Origin: an uncultured SAR86 cluster bacterium
GTDB taxonomy: Bacteria; Pseudomonadota; Gammaproteobacteria; Magnimaribacterales; AG-339-G14
Direction: 5' to 3'
DNA: 64,000 nt
Assembly: GCA_902522825.1 (NCBI GenBank)
Contig: CABYXE010000001.1
Coordinates: 58,843-122,842, forward strand
Translations under genes and position numbers: made by a program
Notes under the pieces: generated by a model
What the model saw: the letters and a program-made list of their open reading frames with translations, nothing else
Told to the model about the DNA's origin: nothing
The model's database searches: none
Shown here: positions 34,069 through 43,030 of the stretch, one piece after another
Layout: each line of letters starts with the position of its first letter
Position numbering within the stretch: position 1 is the stretch's first letter

Positions 34069-35070
34069 TTAAAGAAGCTTAGAATTTAAAAAATTCATGA
34101 TTTTTTTAAGTGCTGGAATAGCATCTCTTTTAAAATCATTTCCTGATAAGAAAGTTTTACCAGAATCCAAATAAGCATGCCTTTGATCTTTGTATTCCCA
34201 ATAGGTGGCATCCTGACCAGCATCTCCAAGAGCTTTAACGTATTCCTCGATAGCATGAACCGGAGTTACCCTATCTTCACTTGCTGAAGTTATAAATTGT
34301 GGTGGCAATTTTCTTTCATCTACATTAGGAATGTTATAAATAGGAGAAATCGCTTTATACATTTCAGGATTTTCCCGTGCATTAAAATTATTCCCAAAGA
34401 TGCCTCTCGGTTTGGATAGAGCAAGTGTCCAAAATGGATTTTTTCTTGTTTCAAAAATTCCTTTAAGAGCTGGACTATATAAATTGTAACCCCCATAACT
34501 AAGCACTGCTGCTTGCACATCAAGAAGGTTTTTATTTTTAATGTCATCAGCTGTTATTGATTCAGGCACATAAGATGGTTTTATGCAGAGGTGATCAGAA
34601 AAATTTCCACTAGTAGCTATTTTATTTCCTGAATTAACAATCATTGCTGAGATGTATGCCCCTGCGCTATCGCCGGTAACTGCAATGGAATCTCTGTTTC
34701 CTTTGTAGTTCGTGATATTTTCTTTGATCCACAACATGGCCCCGAATGCATCGCCTATTAATTCATCAAATGTTACGGAGTTTTTTTGATCTCTTAGTAA
34801 ACGATAATCCACATTACAAACGACATAATCATAATTGCTGGCAATATATTGAGCCATATTTTCTATGATGTATTTTCTTCTTAATAAAAAACCGCCGCCA
34901 TGAAACATTACCAAGACTGGAAAAGAATCTTCGATTTTGGTTGGTGAATATATATCCATAGCCAAATCAAAGCCTTTGGGCGAGGCCCAGATAACATTTT
35001 TTGATAAAGAATAATTCTTACTATTGTTTATGTTTTTATCTAAAGAATATAATTTTGAAATTAGATACAT
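34069..35070 (-). CDS. Alpha/beta hydrolase (HSL-like esterase)
   Basis: HGGG oxyanion motif, VDYRL, GDSAG nucleophile, downstream D and H. Confidence 0.88.
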   Translation of the reverse strand: MYLISKLYSLDKNINNSKNYSLSKNVIWASPKGFDLAMDIYSPTKIEDSFPVLVMFHGGGFLLRRKYIIENMAQYIASNYDYVVCNVDYRLLRDQKNSVTFDELIGDAFGAMLWIKENITNYKGNRDSIAVTGDSAGAYISAMIVNSGNKIATSGNFSDHLCIKPSYVPESITADDIKNKNLLDVQAAVLSYGGYNLYSPALKGIFETRKNPFWTLALSKPRGIFGNNFNARENPEMYKAISPIYNIPNVDERKLPPQFITSASEDRVTPVHAIEEYVKALGDAGQDATYWEYKDQRHAYLDSGKTFLSGNDFKRDAIPALKKIMNFLNSKLL

Positions 35071-35092
35071 TTTAGAATTTTAAAACTTGTAT

Positions 35093-35121
35093 AAAAAACC
35101 CAGCTAATACTGGGTTTTTTT
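35093..35121. terminator. Intrinsic terminator downstream of metY (bidirectional form)
   Basis: AAAAAACCCAG-CTAATA-CTGGGTTTTTTT. Confidence 0.8.
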
Positions 35122-35133
35122 GTTTATTTGATT

Positions 35134-36438
35134 TTAACTAGCTTTATCTATTGCCTGAGCAATATCAGCAATAATGTCTTCAACGTTCTCAATTCCGATA
35201 GATAATCTGACATAGCCGGGTGTCACACCAGCAGAGAGTTGTTCTTCTGGAGCCAATTGACTATGCGTTGTAGTTGCAGGATGAATAGCTAACGATCTTG
35301 AATCTCCAATATTAGCAACGTGATAAAGGAGCTCCAAAGAATCAATAAACTTACTGCCCGCTTCTTTTCCACCAGGTAATTCAAAACCAATTAAAGCGCC
35401 GTAACCACCAGTCATATATTTGTCAGCTTTTTCTCTTTCAGCTCCTTCAAATAATCCCGGATAAGTTACCGATTGTACTTTTTCATTGGCAGCAAGAGCT
35501 TCAGCAACTGCTTGAGCATTTTTTGCATGTTCTCTCATTCTCAATGGTAAAGTTTCCAAGCCTTGAATGAACATCCAGGCATTGAAAGGACTCATAGCAC
35601 CACCTAAATCTCTTAATAAAGTAGTTCTCAGTTTAAGCAAGTAAGCAAAAGGAAGTCCCATATTTTTTGTCACTTGTTCATCCCAGACTACTCCTCCGTA
35701 ACAAGGATCTGGGGTATTCATAGCTGGCTGCCTATCGGCTCCTGCTTTACCCCAATCAAAATTACCGCCATCCACAATCAAACCACCAATGGTAGTTCCA
35801 TGACCACCAATGTATTTTGTAGTTGAATAAGTAGTAATAGCAGCTCCATGATCAAAAGGCCTACATAGTACTGGTGCTGCAGTATTATCAACAATTAATG
35901 GAATATTATGTTTTCTTCCTATTTCTGCAACTTCTGAAATTGGAAATACATGAAGTTTTGGATTTGGAAGAGTTTCAGCAAAATAAGCTCTAGTTTTTTC
36001 ATCAGTTGCCTTTGCAAAATTTTCTGGATCGGTTGGATCAACAAATCTAACTTCTATGCCCATCTCACGCATATTATTTTTAAATTGATTATAAGTTCCA
36101 CCATACAAGTGAGAGGAAGACACAATATTATCTCCTGATCTAGCTAAATTTTGTATAGAGTAAGCTGATGCAGTTTGACCAGAAGCAACTGCTAGCCCAG
36201 CTACTCCCCCGTCTAATGCTGCCATTCTTTGCTCCAACACATCACATGTTGGATTCATTATCCTGGTATAAATATTCCCAAATTCTTGCAGTCCAAAAAG
36301 ACTCGCCGCATGGGCAGTATCGTTAAATTGATAACTTGTTGTTTGATGAATTGGAACGGCTACTGAACCTGTTGTTTCATCGTTTCGCCATCCAGCATGT
36401 AAAGCGATCGTTTCTAAATTTTTTCCTTCGTAAGACAT
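35134..36438 (-). CDS. metY: O-acetylhomoserine aminocarboxypropyltransferase
   Basis: PIHQTTSY, GNIYTRIMNPT, STTKYIGGHG, HVANIGD, IHPATTTHSQL. Confidence 0.93.
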   Translation of the reverse strand: MSYEGKNLETIALHAGWRNDETTGSVAVPIHQTTSYQFNDTAHAASLFGLQEFGNIYTRIMNPTCDVLEQRMAALDGGVAGLAVASGQTASAYSIQNLARSGDNIVSSSHLYGGTYNQFKNNMREMGIEVRFVDPTDPENFAKATDEKTRAYFAETLPNPKLHVFPISEVAEIGRKHNIPLIVDNTAAPVLCRPFDHGAAITTYSTTKYIGGHGTTIGGLIVDGGNFDWGKAGADRQPAMNTPDPCYGGVVWDEQVTKNMGLPFAYLLKLRTTLLRDLGGAMSPFNAWMFIQGLETLPLRMREHAKNAQAVAEALAANEKVQSVTYPGLFEGAEREKADKYMTGGYGALIGFELPGGKEAGSKFIDSLELLYHVANIGDSRSLAIHPATTTHSQLAPEEQLSAGVTPGYVRLSIGIENVEDIIADIAQAIDKAS

Positions 36439-36458
36439 ATTTTCTCCTTCTCTTAAAT

Positions 36459-36489
36459 AAAAAAACCTGTTTGCTAGAGCTAAACAGGT
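36459..36489 (-). terminator. Riboswitch-controlled intrinsic terminator in the metY leader
   Basis: Minus strand ACCTGTTT(A)GC-TCTA-GCAAACAGGT-TTTTTT. Confidence 0.8.
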
Positions 36490-36499
36490 CGAAAAGGGT

Positions 36500-36550
36500 C
36501 GTGTTTAGCTAATTTTATAAAGCGTTTGCAAGTCAGATAAATCAACGCTA
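36500..36550 (-). ncRNA. SAM-II riboswitch aptamer
   Basis: Minus strand AGCGTTGATTTATCTGACTTGCAAACGCTTTATAAAATTAGCTAAACA. P1 AGCGTT/AACGCT with the TGATTT, TGC, AAAT and GCTAAA elements of SAM-II; upstream of metY. Confidence 0.88.
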
Positions 36551-36591
36551 GGTATATAAAACCAAATTAATTTATAATTATCAACCATTTT

Positions 36592-37452
36592 ATGAAAAAA
36601 TTTGAAACACTTAGGACTGAGACTAAAGAAAACTCTTTGATTATTTATCTTTCCAGAGAAGAAAGAATGAATGCTTTTACCTTAACGATGCAACAAGAAT
36701 TAGTTGCAGTATTAGATGAAGCAGAAAACATGGACGAAATAAAATCTATAATCTTTACTGGAGATGGTAAAGCATATTGTGCAGGAGCAGACCTCTCATC
36801 GGGTGGAGATACTTTTGATAATAGAAAAGGAAGAGAAAAAACCAATAATGTAGTGAGAGATTCTGGTGGACTTTTAACTCTTAGACTTTTCAAAAGCAAA
36901 AAACCTTTGATTGCTGCGGTTAATGGAGCAGCTGTGGGCATTGGAGCTACTATGTTATTGCCAATGGATTTTAGAATATGTTCTGAAGAAGCTCGGTTTG
37001 GATTTGTTTTTGCAAGAAGAGGTATTGTGCCTGAAGCTGCTTCAAGTTGGTTTCTTCCAAGATTAGTAGGAATTACTAAAGCGCTTGAATTATGTTACTC
37101 AGGAAAAATAATTTCAGCTAAAGAAGCTGAAGATATAAATTTAGTTTCTGAGGTTTTACCCAAAGAACAGCTTTTAGATAGAGCTTTGGCAGTCGCTAAT
37201 GAATTTACAGCTGAAAGTTCACAGATATCTATAGCTCTGACAAGGCAAATGATGTGGCGCATGCTGGGAGCAGATGACCCCATGGAAGCTCACAAGATAG
37301 ACTCAAGAGGAGTTTTTGAACTTGGTCAATCTGGAGAAGCTATAGAAGGTGTTAAATCTTTTCTTGAAAAACGCCCTCCTTCGTTTCCTGGAAAAGTTTC
37401 AAAAGATATGCCAAGTTTTTATCCATGGTGGGATGAAAAAGAGTTTGAATAG
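36592..37452 (+). CDS. Crotonase/enoyl-CoA hydratase family protein
   Basis: YCAGADL, NGAAVGIG, RRGIVPEAASSWFLPR. Confidence 0.9.
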   Translation: MKKFETLRTETKENSLIIYLSREERMNAFTLTMQQELVAVLDEAENMDEIKSIIFTGDGKAYCAGADLSSGGDTFDNRKGREKTNNVVRDSGGLLTLRLFKSKKPLIAAVNGAAVGIGATMLLPMDFRICSEEARFGFVFARRGIVPEAASSWFLPRLVGITKALELCYSGKIISAKEAEDINLVSEVLPKEQLLDRALAVANEFTAESSQISIALTRQMMWRMLGADDPMEAHKIDSRGVFELGQSGEAIEGVKSFLEKRPPSFPGKVSKDMPSFYPWWDEKEFE

Positions 37453-37454
37453 AT

Positions 37455-38987
37455 ATGTCTTGGAAAAAGGAAATTAAAGAAATTGGAATAAGGAAAAAAG
37501 CCTCTAAAGCACAAGGAGGAAAAGAAGCAGTTGAGCTTCATCATAAAAAAGGAAGATTAACTTTGAGAGAAAGAATAAATATTTTTCTCGATGATAATAC
37601 GTTTGAAGAAATTGGAGAATTAGCTGGTGGCGTAGAAGTAGATAATGAAGATAATTTTAAATCCATGACTCCAGCAAATTTTATATTAGGTTTTGGTAAA
37701 ATTAATGGAAGACAAATAGTTGTTGGTGGAGAAGATTTTACTGTTAAGGGAGGCTCTCCTAATTCAGCGGGTTTGAGAAAAAGCGTTTATACAGAAGAGC
37801 TGGCATTGCAATATAAATTGCCTTTAGTGCGGCTTCATGAAGGTGGAGGAGGATCAGTTGCTGGGCCTAAATCAGGCTCAAGTGCAGATCCAGTATTTAC
37901 TAGATCGCGATTTAAGTCGGTGGCTGATTCTTTAAAGGAAATTCCCGTTGCAAGTGCAGCTCTAGGACCTGTAGCCGGCCTTCCTGCATCAAGATTTGTT
38001 GGTTCTCACTTTAGAGTAATGACAAAGAAGAATTCTCAAATATTAGTAGCTGGTCCTCAAGTGGTCTCAAGAGCTTTTGGAAAAGAATTTACAAAAGATG
38101 AGCTTGGTGGATCTGATATACACAAAAAAAATGGAGTTACAGATAACCTTGCTAATTCTGAAGAGGATGCTCTTGCTCAAATAAAAACTTTTTTATCTTA
38201 TTTTCCTCAAAATATTTACGAAATTCCGCCTGTAGAGAAATCTAATGACTCCCCAAGTCGATCAGAGGAAAAACTATCCTCAATCATTCCCAAAGAAAGA
38301 AATAAAAGTTATGAAATGAGAGAGATTTTAAAATATGTATTTGATAAAGATAGCTTTTTTGAAATGACTAACTTCTATGGACGAGGAATTATTACTGGAT
38401 TTGCAAGATTAAATGGTTTTTCTTTTGGAGTTTTTGCTAATGATAGTAACTTCTATGCTGGATCAATGACTGCAGATAATGCCAAGAAAACATCAAGATT
38501 TGTTAAATTATGCGATACCTTCAACCTACCAATAATTACTTTTGTTGATGAACCTGGTTTTTTAATAGGCCCTGAAGCAGAAAAAGAAGCAACTATCTTG
38601 CATGGAACTGAAACAGTTCTTGCTGTAAATGATACTTCTGTTCCTTGGGCAACAATCCTTGTCAGAAAGTCTTTTGGTGTGGCTGCAGCAGCTCATTTTG
38701 GCAATAACCCATATGTTTTAGCTTGGCCCTCTTCTGAATCTGGTGCTTTGCCATTGGAAGGAGGAGTAGCGGTGGCATTTTCTAAAGAAATTGCTAGTGC
38801 AAAAGATCCAGAAAAAAAGAGAAAAGAAATTGAGGATGAAATGGCAAAGAAACAAAATCCATTCTCTAAAGCGGAAACATTTTCAGTGCATGAAATTATT
38901 GACCCCAGCGAAACTAGAAAGTATCTTTGTAGCTGGATTGAAAAGGTTCAACCTCAATTGAAGGCAAGATTAGTAAAAAATACTTAA
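37455..38987 (+). CDS. Acyl-CoA carboxyl transferase domain protein
   Basis: GRLTLRERI, EDFTVKGGS, AGP.VV, VDEPGF. Confidence 0.9.
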   Translation: MSWKKEIKEIGIRKKASKAQGGKEAVELHHKKGRLTLRERINIFLDDNTFEEIGELAGGVEVDNEDNFKSMTPANFILGFGKINGRQIVVGGEDFTVKGGSPNSAGLRKSVYTEELALQYKLPLVRLHEGGGGSVAGPKSGSSADPVFTRSRFKSVADSLKEIPVASAALGPVAGLPASRFVGSHFRVMTKKNSQILVAGPQVVSRAFGKEFTKDELGGSDIHKKNGVTDNLANSEEDALAQIKTFLSYFPQNIYEIPPVEKSNDSPSRSEEKLSSIIPKERNKSYEMREILKYVFDKDSFFEMTNFYGRGIITGFARLNGFSFGVFANDSNFYAGSMTADNAKKTSRFVKLCDTFNLPIITFVDEPGFLIGPEAEKEATILHGTETVLAVNDTSVPWATILVRKSFGVAAAAHFGNNPYVLAWPSSESGALPLEGGVAVAFSKEIASAKDPEKKRKEIEDEMAKKQNPFSKAETFSVHEIIDPSETRKYLCSWIEKVQPQLKARLVKNT

Positions 38988-38997
38988 AAGGAGAAAT

Positions 38998-40440
38998 ATG
39001 AATAACTACGAAAAATTCTATATCAATGGTGAATGGGTAGATCCCATAAACGATTTAAAAACTATGGATGTTATAAACCCAGCAACGGAAGAAGTTTTAG
39101 GTACTATTGCTATGGGAGATTCAGATGATGTCAACTCTGCTGTTAAAGCGGCAAAGGAAGCTTTTGAAACATTCGGACAAACATCAACTGAAGAAAGAAT
39201 AGAAATCCTTCAAAAGATTGTAGAAATCTATATGAGTAAATCTGCTGAAATTGCCGATATGATTTCAAAAGAGAATGGTTCTCCAATTACTTTGTCGAGA
39301 AATGCTCAAGCTGCTTCTGGTATTGGTCATTTTGCAACTGCATTAGCGACATTACAAAATTATAATTTTGAAGAAGTAAGAGGTGAAACTGTAATCAGAA
39401 AAGAGCCCATTGGAGTTGTTGGAATGATTACTCCCTGGAATTGGCCGATAAATCAGATTTCTTGCAAAGTTGGTCCAGCAATTGCTGCAGGTTGTACTAT
39501 GGTTTTAAAACCAACTGAAATTGCACCTTTCAATGCCATTTTATTAGCTGAAGTCCTTCACGAAGCTGGCCTTCCCAAAGGAGTATTTAATTTAGTTAAC
39601 GGAGATGGTCCTACAGTTGGAGAAGCTATGTCAGCTCACACCGATATAGATATGATGTCTTTCACAGGCTCCACAAGAGCAGGAATTGCCGTCGCAAAAG
39701 GTTCTGCTGATTCTGTTAAAAGAGTTCATCAAGAGTTAGGAGGAAAATCAGCAAATATTATTTTAGATGATGCAGATTTTGTAAGTGCTGTTAGTAGAGG
39801 TACCAAGCACATGTTTAATAATACTGGTCAGTCTTGTAATGCCCCTTCAAGAATGTTGGTTCCAGAAAATAGACAAGATGAAGCTAAGGAAGCTGCTAAA
39901 AAAGTAGCCGACGAACTAATTGTTGGTGATCCTTCGTCTGAAGAAACTGTAATGGGTCCTGTCGTTAGTGATGTTCATTTCAATAAAATTCAAGGACTAA
40001 TTGAGAAAGGAATCGAAGAAGGCGCCGAGGTGGTTGTTGGTGGATTAGGAAAACCTGAAGGCTTAAATCAAGGTTATTTTGTAAAGCCTACGGTTTTTGC
40101 TAATGTCTCGAACGATATGACTATAGCTAGGGAAGAAATATTTGGTCCTGTTCTATGTATGATTCCTTACAAAGATGAGGAAGAAGCAATCAAAATAGCT
40201 AACGACACTCCTTATGGACTTTCTGGTTATATCTCGTCTGAAGATCCTGAACATGCTCTCAGTGTTGCTAGAAGAATTAGAAGTGGAAACGTTCATATAA
40301 ATAATGCTCCAACTGGAATAAATGATCCCTTTGGTGGGTTCAAACAATCTGGTAATGGTAGAGAATGGGGAGTGTTTGGCTTTGAAGAATTTTTAGAAAT
40401 TAAGGCTGTTCTTGGATACAAGCCCGACGAAATAGATTAA
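38998..40440 (+). CDS. Aldehyde dehydrogenase
   Basis: ITPWNWP, FTGS, ELGGKS, GQSC, EEIFGP. Confidence 0.94.
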   Translation: MNNYEKFYINGEWVDPINDLKTMDVINPATEEVLGTIAMGDSDDVNSAVKAAKEAFETFGQTSTEERIEILQKIVEIYMSKSAEIADMISKENGSPITLSRNAQAASGIGHFATALATLQNYNFEEVRGETVIRKEPIGVVGMITPWNWPINQISCKVGPAIAAGCTMVLKPTEIAPFNAILLAEVLHEAGLPKGVFNLVNGDGPTVGEAMSAHTDIDMMSFTGSTRAGIAVAKGSADSVKRVHQELGGKSANIILDDADFVSAVSRGTKHMFNNTGQSCNAPSRMLVPENRQDEAKEAAKKVADELIVGDPSSEETVMGPVVSDVHFNKIQGLIEKGIEEGAEVVVGGLGKPEGLNQGYFVKPTVFANVSNDMTIAREEIFGPVLCMIPYKDEEEAIKIANDTPYGLSGYISSEDPEHALSVARRIRSGNVHINNAPTGINDPFGGFKQSGNGREWGVFGFEEFLEIKAVLGYKPDEID

Positions 40441-41498
40441 TTTATAATAATTTCATCAGAGTTTTTAGAGACGACGATTTTGTCGTTATCTCTTGCCAAC
40501 AAAAATTTATAAGGCACATCGGAAAATAAATCTTCCATATATCTAATTCCTATTGGGTTTTTTGCAGGCACAAGATGATTCACAATCAGTAATCCCAAAT
40601 CTTTATTTTCTAAATTTTTCTTTATTGCTTTAACATCGGCATGGTAATCAAGAATGTCATGAAAAGCGATTTCAGCTCGAGATATATTATTATCTTTTGC
40701 GACTTTTTCTAAAAAAGATACATGATCTTTAATCATGCCGTCGTGAATTAAAATATCAGCGCCATCTACTAAAGAAAAAACATTATCTGTAATTTCTGTA
40801 TCACCAGAAATGATAATTTTTTTATTTCCAAAGAAGATTCTAAATCCAATGGCCTCTCTGACAGGAAAGTGATCTACCAAGAAAGATTCAACTCTTATGT
40901 TTTGATCTTCGAAAATAAGTTGCGGCCTATCAGTGGGCTTGTGTACCACAGGAATCATTGGTCTATTCTCTGGAGGCACAAACTCTTCTCCATGATGAGC
41001 AACTCGGTAATCTTCATCATTTTTGTAAGCCAAATTTATACCTGAAGTTACGTTAACAATTTCTGAACTTCCATAAACTCTTAATGGGGCTTGCGCACCA
41101 CTTACCCATCTTCTTAAGTTTAATTCATCAAGATCTCCAATGTGATCAGAATGAGCATGCGTGATAAATACTGCTTTTATATTTTGTGGCAGATAATTAC
41201 TCGATATTTTTCCAAAACTATTCTCGCCAGAATCAATTACATAAATATTGGAACCAATTATAAGCGCCATACATTGAGCTCCTTCCGGAATAAAAGAAAG
41301 AGGCGAGCCTGACCCACAAAAAAAGATTTCTAACTTATCTGAATTAACAACTTCAGACCCACCAAAAGCACCTTGAAGGCGGGACTCGAAAATTGATTTA
41401 ATAACAAATTTTTGAACAGCTGGACTACTTAAAGAAAAATAACCAACGGTACCAATAACAATTGTTAATATGCTCAGGAAAATAAAAAATTTTTTCAT
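40437..41498 (-). CDS. MBL-fold metallo-hydrolase (RNase Z/AtsA-like) with N-terminal TM or signal
   Basis: CGSGSP, THAHSDH, VDH.PV, SGDT, DYH, HLVP. Confidence 0.85.
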   Translation of the reverse strand: MKKFFIFLSILTIVIGTVGYFSLSSPAVQKFVIKSIFESRLQGAFGGSEVVNSDKLEIFFCGSGSPLSFIPEGAQCMALIIGSNIYVIDSGENSFGKISSNYLPQNIKAVFITHAHSDHIGDLDELNLRRWVSGAQAPLRVYGSSEIVNVTSGINLAYKNDEDYRVAHHGEEFVPPENRPMIPVVHKPTDRPQLIFEDQNIRVESFLVDHFPVREAIGFRIFFGNKKIIISGDTEITDNVFSLVDGADILIHDGMIKDHVSFLEKVAKDNNISRAEIAFHDILDYHADVKAIKKNLENKDLGLLIVNHLVPAKNPIGIRYMEDLFSDVPYKFLLARDNDKIVVSKNSDEIIIN

Positions 41499-41551
41499 TA
41501 CAATTTAATAACTCTTTTACATTATACTTTCTTCAATCAATTTTTCTTTAA

Positions 41552-43030
41552 ATGTCACTTTGTCTTAAAATTCATTTACTTCTGACTTTATTTTTTTCAA
41601 ATTATTTCTTACCCAATATTTGGATTGAGCCAAGTGATGAATTAAAAATAAAAAAAATTGAACTTTATACTGCAGAAAACAATATAAATATAAGATCTAC
41701 AACTTATCCCGTAACTTTAAATTCTTTAAAAAACTCTTCTAGTTATGGAACGTTATTATTAACTGAAAAAGTTGGATTAAATACTGCATTAGATAAAAAT
41801 TTTAAAAATGAGAAAAAATTTAATTCTAGTTTTACTGTAAGTTCTTTTTCAGACAATTCCATGATCAAGAATATTGATGATAATTGGAGAGGCCAAAATT
41901 CTTTTATTCTAAAAAATAGTTATACAAATAAAAATTTTTCAATGAATTTAAATCTACACTTGATAGACGGCTCTTACGATGAAAAAAAAATTATCTTAAA
42001 TGGATCTCATATATCTTTTACAAAATGGAATGTTGTCTTTGGGTTTGGATTTTTAAATCGTTGGTGGGGACCTACTCATAACAATAATTTGATACTATCA
42101 AACTATGCTAACCCTTCTCCTGGAATTTTTATAAATTCTCTTCAAGGATTTGAGTTTGAAAATAGACTACTTGCAAGATTAGGGAAAATAGATTTTTCTT
42201 TATTTATTAATAGACTTGAAAAAAATAGACATGTGCCAAATCCTTTTTTAGTTGGCGCAAGAGTTACTTTTAACCCATTAAATAATCTTCATCTAGGCCT
42301 TTCAAGGACGATAATGATGGGAGGGGAAGGTAAAAGTGAAAGTTTTAAATCCTTTTATAAAGCTTTTTTTGAAGCAGGAGGAGGATCAGGAGAAAACCCA
42401 AGGATTGGAGGAAAATATATTGGCACAAACTTGTCGAATCAGTTAGGAGGTTATGATATTAAATACGATATAAAATTTAATGAGAATATTGCTACGATCT
42501 ACTTTCAACGGATTGGAGAAGACTCTGATACCAGTAGTACAAGCTTGATATCATCCTATATATCTACTCTAGGAGCAGAATATAAATTTTTTAAAAATGA
42601 CTTGTTGAACTCAATCATTCTTGAATTTTCTAAAACTTCTACTGAAGATCATTACGCTTATCGAAAATATAATGTTACTTATGCACATGATGTTTATCAA
42701 TCCGGATATAGGTATAGAGGCTTGCCAATAGGAGCTTTTATAGACAGTGATTCCAAGTATTCTCAGTTATCTTTTTTAAAAGAAATCAGTGACAATTCTC
42801 ATTTTAAAATGGATTTATTTTATGCAGAACCAAACGTGGACGAAAGTGGAGCAAGTATTTGGGGTTCTTCTGGAGAGCCGTTTTATGGCTTAAAAACTAA
42901 ATATAAAACTCAAGTTACGAAAAAATTAACGATGGAATTAGTACTTACTTTGAGTGATAAAAAACTTTCTTTTTTAGATGAAAAATTAGACAAAAATATT
43001 TTAGGATTAATAACAGAATATAGTTTTTAA
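41552..43030 (+). CDS. Capsule assembly Wzi family outer-membrane protein
   Basis: RWWGP....LILS.YA, G.R..F.P, SNQLGG.D, IGED, Y.H.VY.SGYRY; C-terminal Phe. Confidence 0.8.
   Translation: MSLCLKIHLLLTLFFSNYFLPNIWIEPSDELKIKKIELYTAENNINIRSTTYPVTLNSLKNSSSYGTLLLTEKVGLNTALDKNFKNEKKFNSSFTVSSFSDNSMIKNIDDNWRGQNSFILKNSYTNKNFSMNLNLHLIDGSYDEKKIILNGSHISFTKWNVVFGFGFLNRWWGPTHNNNLILSNYANPSPGIFINSLQGFEFENRLLARLGKIDFSLFINRLEKNRHVPNPFLVGARVTFNPLNNLHLGLSRTIMMGGEGKSESFKSFYKAFFEAGGGSGENPRIGGKYIGTNLSNQLGGYDIKYDIKFNENIATIYFQRIGEDSDTSSTSLISSYISTLGAEYKFFKNDLLNSIILEFSKTSTEDHYAYRKYNVTYAHDVYQSGYRYRGLPIGAFIDSDSKYSQLSFLKEISDNSHFKMDLFYAEPNVDESGASIWGSSGEPFYGLKTKYKTQVTKKLTMELVLTLSDKKLSFLDEKLDKNILGLITEYSF

Noticed and set aside
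36439-36460. Second (SAM-V) aptamer after the terminator, as in Pelagibacter tandem leaders
   Set aside because: Only about 20 nt remain before the ATG; no room.
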